From a virus, in IMG/VR virus record IMGVR_UViG_3300045988_001464, positions 1-6,070 of that record: a stretch of 6,070 nt of DNA, one strand, 5' to 3'. Positions 1 to 5,054 of the stretch are shown one piece after another. Under the pieces are notes generated by a model. That model was not told the origin of the DNA. It searched no databases and was given only the letters and a program-made list of their open reading frames with translations. Position 1 is the stretch's first letter. Every line of letters starts with the position of its first letter. The translations under genes and the position numbers were made by a program.

Positions 1-55
1 AAATAATCCTTCGGATAGTTCGCATAGCGAAGCTTAAGCATATCGGGGTATAATG
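1..55. repeat. Terminal direct repeat, copy 1 (identical to 6016-6070); overlap from linearising a circular genome
   Basis: Base-by-base comparison: aaataatccttcggatagttcgcatagcgaagcttaagcatatcggggtataatg occurs at 1-55 and again at 6016-6070. The reading frame of the capsid gene is continuous across the implied junction 1/6015. Confidence 0.95.
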
Positions 56-767
56 TAATATAACTGGTACCTTGCCAATAATCCACATTATAAGCATAAG
101 CTAAATGCTTCTCCCATTGGGAATTGCTGAAGAAATCAAAATAAATCTTCTGATAAGTGAAAATAGGGAGCATATTTACTGCCTGACTTACAGAGTACAC
201 AAGGGGGTTTTCTCCATCGCTAAGACTATCAAGACCCAAATATTTCTTAGTAATCGCAGCCTTAGCCGTATTAGTCTTATCAATTATAGACCCATAGCCA
301 AGTAAATCCAATAACTTACAAGTACCATAGACATAGGGAAGACCAGCATCATCACGAGCATTAGGCTGGTCCGCAGTGTTCAGAGTAAGCAATAGACTAT
401 TAAACTGAGCCATAGTAGTATAAGGAACAGAACTTAATGCAGTAGTATTCTTATCACCACTTGCCGCACTCGTCATATAATCAGTCATTTGGGTAAATGC
501 CTGCGGAAGAGCACGGGAAATCAGACGTAACGGCACAGCGTAGAAGTCATAATACTCCTTAATACGAGTATAAGCAGCCGTATTAACAGGAACAGTACGG
601 GTAAACCAGTCAGAGGAAATACGATACTTAGTACCAGGAGTAGCAATCTGCCAATAGCAAGGAAGAATTTCGCCTACTTTAGCTGTAAACAATTTTTTCG
701 AACTTAAATCGAAAGAGGACCGATGGGTAGGAATCTTAGCATGGTCCAAAGGGTTAAAATCACTCAT
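1..767 (-). CDS. VP1: Major capsid protein VP1 (Microviridae F-like), N-terminal part; it runs off the window start and continues at 6015
   Basis: Not in the ORF track because it is open to the window edge. Manual translation from the ATG at 767-765 gives MSDFNPLDHAKIPTHRSSFDLSSKKLFTAKVGEILPCYWQIATPGTKYRISSDWFTRTVPVNTAAYTRIKEYYDFYAVPLRL...YQKIYFDFFSNSQWEKH...SYITLYPDMLKLRYANYPKDYF, with no stop down to base 1. The RSxFDLS...GxLxP...PG N-terminus is typical of gokusho/alpavirus-type VP1. Bases 767 + 961 (6015-5055) = 1728 nt = 575 codons plus stop, in frame. Confidence 0.92.
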   Translation of the reverse strand, partial: MSDFNPLDHAKIPTHRSSFDLSSKKLFTAKVGEILPCYWQIATPGTKYRISSDWFTRTVPVNTAAYTRIKEYYDFYAVPLRLISRALPQAFTQMTDYMTSAASGDKNTTALSSVPYTTMAQFNSLLLTLNTADQPNARDDAGLPYVYGTCKLLDLLGYGSIIDKTNTAKAAITKKYLGLDSLSDGENPLVYSVSQAVNMLPIFTYQKIYFDFFSNSQWEKHLAYAYNVDYWQGTSYITLYPDMLKLRYANYPKDY

Positions 768-785
768 AATTAATTAGTGTTAAAA

Positions 786-2465
786 TTAAACCATACGGTT
801 GAATATATTATTAGCATCATTAAGTTTCTTGTGCTTAATCATATCACGACAGAATGTTGCACTACGATACCAGAGTTGCTCAAGGAGTTGAACCGTTTCA
901 CATGAAACGTCCGACAAGACATCACGCTCCTGCCCGTTCGAAGGCAACGCAAACATACAATCCGAAAGTTCGGGGTATTGGGCACGGAGGTTATATGCAT
1001 TTCGTAAACTTTCATAATTCTTTTTCTTCTCATACTCTATGCCTTTCTTAATAATAAAATCAATACGACCGGAGTAAGCACTAATATCAGAACCGAAGCC
1101 AGGCAAATGCCAGTTACGGAAGAACTTAAAGGCAAATAAGAAAAGCCGATATAACTTATTAATATAAGATTCAATATCGACATCGCTAGAACTGTTACAG
1201 AACCTAGTAAGGCACCGAGCAGAATGTAATATAATCTTATCATCATCAGTAAGAATAGGATTAACTTTAAGATATTGATAATAAGTGCGGACAAGACTCA
1301 AAACTGAGTCCTGGGCATAGTCAATGAATCCGAATTTTGCAATTCTTTGAGGCGTTCGGTGTACAGCGAGAAGAATTCGAGCAATCGCAGTACCATCGTC
1401 ATTGCGAGCAGACGAGAATCGGGGCAATAAGGTACGGATATACGACATGGGTGGAGTTGACCGAACACTGATACCGTTGAAATTATAGACTCTTCCGTTA
1501 ACGACAGAATCGATTTTTTGCTCAATTTGCGCATAAGGATCTTCATTTTCCACGAAATCGCAACCTTTCTCAAAGAATCCGAGAGACGCTCTTGATCGGG
1601 GTTTAAACGAGCGGCATGAGCGATATAATAAGGGAGCAGAACTAAGGCTGTTAACGTAACTCGCAACGTACGAACTAGCGCCGCCAGCGGCACGTTGGAA
1701 ATCTGAACGACCGAGTTTCCAACTCTTAGCGTGACAGTATCGTAAAACCTCGGCGACTTTCTCCGAGTTCGTGAATAATAAGAGATGATAATGCGGGCGA
1801 AAATGCACGGGTCCGTACTCACCCACAGCGTAGAAATGTAACGGTTCATAAGATCCTAGTTTTAAAGATAAATGTTTGCGTAAGCGCTTAATATAATTCT
1901 GAACATCAACATAATTCAGGAAGGGTATAAGATTATCACGGCCGTATTGCGCAGAAGCGGGATAGTCCGTTTTATCAACGGCTTGCGTTTTACCGATAAA
2001 ACTACGAATAGCATCCATACTAAGAAACCAATTATCCTTAACAGGAACATATTCCTTAATCTCACGGTCAAACGGAACAGTGCCCTGAACCTGTTCGAAA
2101 AAAATATGACGCAACACGGAGTTATCATTACATTGATACTCGGAAACAGGGATATATTTATGATATTCATCACCAAAATGAATATCTCCTGAGATACCTA
2201 CAACGTCCTCATATTCACTATGCAAGACTTTACAATCAAATAGAGGGATATGTTCGTTATCATACGTAAGCGTAACAAAATAAGAATACTTAAAAGCACT
2301 TCCAGCGGTCTTCACGCGCATGGACGCTTTCTGAGCACGCTTATGGATACAATAATCGCATTGACCACAATCCACGGCAATGCGTGCACCAGTGTAACGA
2401 TTAGTAATAAATGAACGATGTTGACAATGGTCAACCGCTTTCAGTAAATCAGGAGAAAATTTCAT
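786..2465 (-). CDS. VP4: Replication initiation protein VP4 (HUH rolling-circle endonuclease, phiX174 gpA-like), 559 aa
   Basis: N-terminal Cys cluster CGQCDYC (aa 33-39). RCR motif I is FVTLTYD (aa 63-69). Motif II (HUH) is HYHLLLF (aa 225-231, nt 1785-1793 for HYH). Motif III with two tyrosines is YVASY (aa 266-270, nt 1656-1670). Stop is TAA at 788-786, 18 nt before the VP1 start. Confidence 0.95.
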   Translation of the reverse strand: MKFSPDLLKAVDHCQHRSFITNRYTGARIAVDCGQCDYCIHKRAQKASMRVKTAGSAFKYSYFVTLTYDNEHIPLFDCKVLHSEYEDVVGISGDIHFGDEYHKYIPVSEYQCNDNSVLRHIFFEQVQGTVPFDREIKEYVPVKDNWFLSMDAIRSFIGKTQAVDKTDYPASAQYGRDNLIPFLNYVDVQNYIKRLRKHLSLKLGSYEPLHFYAVGEYGPVHFRPHYHLLLFTNSEKVAEVLRYCHAKSWKLGRSDFQRAAGGASSYVASYVNSLSSAPLLYRSCRSFKPRSRASLGFFEKGCDFVENEDPYAQIEQKIDSVVNGRVYNFNGISVRSTPPMSYIRTLLPRFSSARNDDGTAIARILLAVHRTPQRIAKFGFIDYAQDSVLSLVRTYYQYLKVNPILTDDDKIILHSARCLTRFCNSSSDVDIESYINKLYRLFLFAFKFFRNWHLPGFGSDISAYSGRIDFIIKKGIEYEKKKNYESLRNAYNLRAQYPELSDCMFALPSNGQERDVLSDVSCETVQLLEQLWYRSATFCRDMIKHKKLNDANNIFNRMV

Positions 2466-2467
2466 AA

Positions 2468-2776
2468 TTATTTACGTTTATCAATTACTTGGTGACGATT
2501 ACGACAACCAAATGAAATATGAATAAATGTGGGATATAATATCAACTGATCAAATACATGAACATCATCCGAATATCTATGAATATATTCAAGTAAATGA
2601 TTATAAGAAGTAGAACCATAAGGTTTCATATCAATAGCCTCTCCAACCAAATGCTGAGATGTAGGAGCACCATTACAAGCTTTATTCTGTTCAGGAGTAC
2701 GTCTAGCACTAGTCACCGAAAAATGAACATTAGAGTAGAGCAGATACTCAAGAAAATGCATAAGAATATAATTCAT
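2468..2776 (-). CDS. Peptidase M15 (M15A / Peptidase_M15_3-like) zinc D-Ala-D-Ala carboxypeptidase-type cell-wall hydrolase; putative endolysin, 102 aa
   Basis: SARRTPEQNKACNGAPTSQHLVGEAIDM matches the family signature (S-x-x-R-T/S-P-x-x-N ... S-x-H-x(6)-D). The candidate zinc ligands are His42 (nt 2653-2651), Asp49 (2632-2630) and His86 in FIHISF (2521-2519). There is no N-terminal signal peptide or TM segment. The start overlaps the upstream peptide's stop (ATGA at 2776-2773), and its stop lies 2 nt before the VP4 ATG. Confidence 0.85.
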   Translation of the reverse strand: MNYILMHFLEYLLYSNVHFSVTSARRTPEQNKACNGAPTSQHLVGEAIDMKPYGSTSYNHLLEYIHRYSDDVHVFDQLILYPTFIHISFGCRNRHQVIDKRK

Positions 2777-2859
2777 AGTCCGATAGCATTAAGAATATAG
2801 CCTAATGCGGCAGAAACAGCACCGATAACAATTTTCCAAATATTACTACTTTTCATCAT
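2773..2859 (-). CDS. 28-aa single-pass membrane peptide (MMKSSNIWKIVIGAVSAALGYILNAIGL); candidate holin-like or lysis accessory peptide
   Basis: This is the only open frame bridging the end of the 64-aa ORF (2846) and the peptidase start (2776). It has a short polar, Lys-containing N-terminus followed by a roughly 19-residue Gly/Ala-rich hydrophobic helix. 15 of 28 codons end in T, matching the genome's genuine coding frames. Its start overlaps the upstream ORF by 14 nt, and its stop overlaps the peptidase ATG. The upstream part of track ORF 2773-3102 is rejected as an off-frame artefact. Confidence 0.5.
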   Translation of the reverse strand: MMKSSNIWKIVIGAVSAALGYILNAIGL

Positions 2860-3040
2860 TTTGAATTTTAAGCTCAACAAAGTTATTTTCTTCCTTAATC
2901 GAATCCACAATAACAATAAGACCCAATGAAGAAACTCGCTCAGAATAATTTCCGAGACCATCGAGAGAATCGACAATATAAGGCGAAATAACATCACGAC
3001 CAGTGTTTTTTTCCTTAACCGAAATAATAAACTTTTGCAT
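2846..3040 (-). CDS. Hypothetical protein, 64 aa, first gene downstream of the promoter
   Basis: MQKFIISVKEKNTGRDVISPYIVDSLDGLGNYSERVSSLGLIVIVDSIKEENNFVELKIQNDEK has ordinary soluble-protein composition and mostly T-ending codons. It sits about 45 nt downstream of the predicted transcription start. I recognise no family. Confidence 0.6.
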   Translation of the reverse strand: MQKFIISVKEKNTGRDVISPYIVDSLDGLGNYSERVSSLGLIVIVDSIKEENNFVELKIQNDEK

Positions 3041-3091
3041 AATTGTAAGAATTTTAAAAGGTTAATAATAGTTGTAACTTCTAACTGGGGG

Positions 3092-3122
3092 CAAATATAC
3101 AAACTATTTTCATAATTGCAAA
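3092..3122 (-). promoter_or_regulatory. Bacteroidetes-type promoter: -33 TTTG (3122-3119) and -7 TATATTTG (3099-3092), with a 19-nt spacer
   Basis: The minus strand reads cTTTTGcaattatgaaaatagtttgTATATTTGcccc. This fits the Bacteroides primary-sigma consensus TTTG / TAnnTTTG. I found no other exact TAnnTTTG on the coding strand by eye. It lies in the AT-rich end of the intergenic region, preceded by an A9 tract (plus-strand T9 at 3132-3140) and followed by the first ORF at 3040. Confidence 0.5.
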
Positions 3123-3160
3123 AGAAAACTATTTTTTTTTAGATCCTACCGTAGGGTGTG

Positions 3161-3229
3161 AGTTGTGCGTTTATGGACAAGAGAAAGGAGAAATCGAGAG
3201 GATAACTCGATTTTGCTTCGCACACAACT
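3161..3229. other. Nested stem-loop: outer stem 3161-3169 / 3219-3229 (9 bp, 2-nt bulge) enclosing a perfect 8-bp hairpin 3191-3198 / 3206-3213
   Basis: agttgtgcg pairs with cgcaca(ca)act. The inner hairpin is aaatcgag-aggataa-ctcgattt. The direct repeat gcttcgc occurs at 3215-3221 and 3234-3240. Confidence 0.6.
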
Positions 3230-3253
3230 AGGGGCTTCGCTTAATTAACAAGT

Positions 3254-3274
3254 GGGTGTATACAGAGGTGTATA
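3254..3274. repeat. Two tandem iteron-like copies of GGTGTATA (3255-3262 and 3267-3274, 12-nt period)
   Basis: The sequence reads gGGTGTATAcagaGGTGTATAgg. The same 8-mer, and the 9-mer GGGTGTATA, recurs at 3395-3403. Confidence 0.6.
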
Positions 3275-3279
3275 GGCAC

Positions 3280-3302
3280 GGCAAGGCAGAAACTGTCTTG
3301 CC
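3280..3302. other. 9-bp hairpin (ggcaaggca-gaaac-tgtcttgcc, one G-T pair)
   Basis: Pairing was checked position by position, from 3280-3302 inward to 3288-3294. It is followed by TTT on the plus strand. Confidence 0.6.
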
Positions 3303-3320
3303 TTTGCGCACCTACGTGCT

Positions 3321-3343
3321 AAAATACCGAAGCGGAACGCTTC
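3321..3343 (-). terminator. Possible weak intrinsic terminator for the minus-strand operon: hairpin gaagcg-ttc-cgcttc followed by ggTATTTT
   Basis: The 6-bp GC-rich stem is 3329-3334 / 3338-3343. The minus-strand T-rich tail is the complement of aaaata at 3321-3326. The same region can also fold into a longer 12-bp imperfect hairpin (3331-3363) that is followed by T6 (3367-3372) on the opposite strand. Confidence 0.3.
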
Positions 3344-3378
3344 TTTAAGGAAGTCGCTCCGCTCCGTTTTTTGATCAG

Positions 3379-3425
3379 GCCCTACGCGGGCGGCGGGTGT
3401 ATATCGCTCAAACGCCGCGATGGGC
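3379..3425. other. GC-rich stem-loop: core stem gcggcg (3390-3395) / cgccgc (3413-3418), 17-nt loop carrying the third GGTGTATA copy, outer clamp gccc/gggc
   Basis: The core stem is 6 G-C pairs. The loop 3396-3412 reads ggtgtatatcgctcaaa. Positions 3379-3382 pair with 3422-3425 across an internal loop. The 60 nt at 3361-3420 contain 37 G+C by direct count, visibly above the rest of the genome. Confidence 0.6.
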
Positions 3426-3431
3426 TTTTAG

Positions 3432-3457
3432 TCCTGAAGCATGCCAGGGTATCAGGA
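3432..3457. other. 6-bp hairpin tcctga / tcagga with a 14-nt loop, the first structure after the VP2 stop
   Basis: 3432-3437 pairs with 3452-3457. The loop contains the palindrome gcatgc. Confidence 0.45.
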
Positions 3458-3499
3458 TGCAATGTATAAATATACTCATATTTACGACACGTAGAAAGA

Positions 3500-4603
3500 T
3501 TATTTACGGCCAAAGTTACCAAAATGAGCACCAGCGCCAATAACATTACCAGCACCAGAGGCAACAGCACCAAGACCACGGGAGACAGAATCCCAATAAT
3601 GAGTACGGCCTTGTTTGCGAACCAACTCTGCGCCATATTCAGCAGCTCTCTGGTTTGCCATAGAAGTCTTATATTCCGTATGTTTACGAAGCTTAACATT
3701 CTTGTAATCATAAGTAGAATCACGATACTGCAATTCATGCGAAGCATTAGCAGCCTTGATTAAAGAATCAGCCGTCTCGGAAGCCACACGATTATCAATT
3801 TTCTTACCAGAAGCCTCAGCAGCAGTAAGAATAGCACGCTGAATTTCAGTCTGGATTTGCTTCTCAGTAAGAGCACCTTGAGTCTGGAGATTGGCTAAGG
3901 TTTGAGCCTTAATAAACAAATCAGCCTGTTGGTTCTGGTCCATATATTTATTCATAATACGTTGAGCATCAGAATTAAGCAAAATCTGTGCTTCTTGAGC
4001 AGCAGATATACGTTCAGCAAACTGGGCGTTTTTTAAATTCTGGGCCTCAGTAGACTGGTCCAAAGCAGCAGATACACGGCCCGTATCCTTATTCCAATAA
4101 CCGGAGGAGCCAATAGCTAGATTCTTCCAGTTAGTAAGACCTCTATAATAATCAGACAAAAGAGGAGTTACCGTATCAGTCTGACGTGCACGAGAGCCTG
4201 ATTCACCAGCAGAAGCCTCAGAAGCCTTAGCTTGAGCAAGGGAAGCAAGAGACTGAAACACGCTAGAAAAATTAGGCTTATAGGCCTGCATACTAGGAAC
4301 AGGAGCAGCAGTAGCAGCAGCTCCGCCTGAAGCAGGGGACCTAGAACCAGCCATAGCAGCAGAACCTTGAACAAACGGATTCAAACCGCGGGAAATCATA
4401 GCGCTAGGAGAGTTATAGGCATTATTCATACCCCACATCTGTTGCTGCCAATCACGTTGTATTTGGGCCTGTTGAGCATTAAACGCGTTTTGTTCACGCA
4501 TCATGCGGAGATTAACCTTATTCTGATGATTCTGATTAACCATACCGACAACATTGTCGGTAAGGTTTGCAGCCGAGGAAGCTATAGCATCAAATAATCC
4601 CAT
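3500..4603 (-). CDS. VP2: Minor capsid / DNA pilot protein VP2 (phiX174 H analogue), 367 aa
   Basis: The N-terminus MGLFDAIASSAANL...NKVNLRMMREQNAFNAQQAQIQRDWQQQMWGMNNAYNSPSAMISRGLNPF matches the conserved VP2 N-terminal block of gokusho/alpavirus-type microviruses. It is followed by an Ala/Ser/Gly-rich linker, a long Gln/Ala-rich helical segment and a Gly-rich C-terminus. The ATG overlaps the upstream stop (TAATG at 4605-4601). Confidence 0.85.
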   Translation of the reverse strand: MGLFDAIASSAANLTDNVVGMVNQNHQNKVNLRMMREQNAFNAQQAQIQRDWQQQMWGMNNAYNSPSAMISRGLNPFVQGSAAMAGSRSPASGGAAATAAPVPSMQAYKPNFSSVFQSLASLAQAKASEASAGESGSRARQTDTVTPLLSDYYRGLTNWKNLAIGSSGYWNKDTGRVSAALDQSTEAQNLKNAQFAERISAAQEAQILLNSDAQRIMNKYMDQNQQADLFIKAQTLANLQTQGALTEKQIQTEIQRAILTAAEASGKKIDNRVASETADSLIKAANASHELQYRDSTYDYKNVKLRKHTEYKTSMANQRAAEYGAELVRKQGRTHYWDSVSRGLGAVASGAGNVIGAGAHFGNFGRK

Positions 4604-5043
4604 TATTCAGGAGAGGCAGATGCGGAATCCGAAGACGGCGCTGCCTTTTGCTCTGCCAACATAGATTCGGCATAAGCCGATAGTTCAGACTTCTCACTAG
4701 CCAACTGCTGTAAAACAGCCTGACGTTCAGACATAGTTTGACAATGACGGGAGATAACACAATCGAAACGTTCTTCATCAGTCATACCGTCCATTATAGT
4801 AGACTGAGTAGGATGCATTTGAGCAAGAATATTCTGAACATTCATATCACCAAGCAAACGACGATACTTCTCCTGATTTAATAGAATCTGCGTCATATCA
4901 CATTGAATCAAATCACCGTCAGGAGACTCATCGTACATAACTGAATCATAGACAGACTGTTGATAACACGGATTATCCTCAATCAACTCGGGAACAACCT
5001 CGCTTTTAATATAATCAGGGTTTTTATAAGCAAAATTTCTCAT
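4603..5043 (-). CDS. Putative internal scaffolding protein (VP3-like), 146 aa, acidic
   Basis: It is a small acidic protein between VP1 and VP2, with mostly T-ending codons. It starts 11 nt after the VP1 stop, and its stop overlaps the VP2 start by 1 nt. The assignment rests on size, charge and position only. Confidence 0.55.
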   Translation of the reverse strand: MRNFAYKNPDYIKSEVVPELIEDNPCYQQSVYDSVMYDESPDGDLIQCDMTQILLNQEKYRRLLGDMNVQNILAQMHPTQSTIMDGMTDEERFDCVISRHCQTMSERQAVLQQLASEKSELSAYAESMLAEQKAAPSSDSASASPE

Positions 5044-5054
5044 AACAATACAAA

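Noticed and set aside
105-305. Small plus-strand ORFs (105-305, 854-1051, 1947-2192, 2597-2800, 3524-3763, 4367-4597)
   Set aside because: All are antisense to strongly supported genes. They are short and of skewed composition, with no start context. No plus-strand promoter was found.
1037-2176. Three same-strand ORFs (86, 183 and 85 aa) inside VP4, all in its +1 frame, the last one very hydrophobic and reminiscent of phiX174 E-type overprinted lysis genes
   Set aside because: All three share one frame. That frame is depleted of stops because a +1 stop needs a purine at VP4 codon position 3, which is mostly T. The same T becomes codon position 2 in the +1 frame and so forces Leu/Ile/Phe/Val-rich hydrophobic products. 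Identical hydrophobic +1 ORFs appear inside VP2, VP3-like and the 64-aa ORF, so this is a compositional artefact. An overprinted gene cannot be formally excluded without comparative data.
2860-3102. Upstream 81 codons of the 109-aa track ORF 2773-3102
   Set aside because: This part lies in the +1 frame of the 64-aa ORF. It extends into the promoter region and shows the same Leu-rich off-frame signature. Only the last 28 codons, which lie almost entirely beyond the end of the 64-aa ORF, are kept as a candidate gene.
3141-3460. tRNA, CRISPR or mobile-element explanation for the structured non-coding region
   Set aside because: There is no T-loop (GTTCRA) or D-loop signature and no cloverleaf. 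There is no regularly spaced repeat-spacer array; the repeats are 5-9 nt only. There are no terminal inverted repeats flanking a transposase-like ORF.
3455-3482. Possible dif-like XerC/D site (ggatgcaaTGTATAaatatactcat), considered because Bacteroidetes microvirus proviruses have been proposed to integrate through dif
   Set aside because: Only the central TGTATA hexamer matches the E. coli dif core. The flanking 11-nt arms match poorly in my by-eye alignment, and the inverted symmetry is just 5 bp (gtata/tatac). The window shows no host flanks or integrase. This is worth a check against a Bacteroidetes dif model but is not supportable here.
3382-3747. 121-aa minus-strand ORF spanning the end of VP2 and the intergenic hairpins, plus similar ORFs at 4168-4374 and 4590-4778
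   Set aside because: They are all +1-frame ORFs within VP2 or VP3-like, with the hydrophobic bias described above. The 121-aa ORF reads through the GC-rich stem-loops, where it gives a Pro/Arg-rich tail that does not look like protein.
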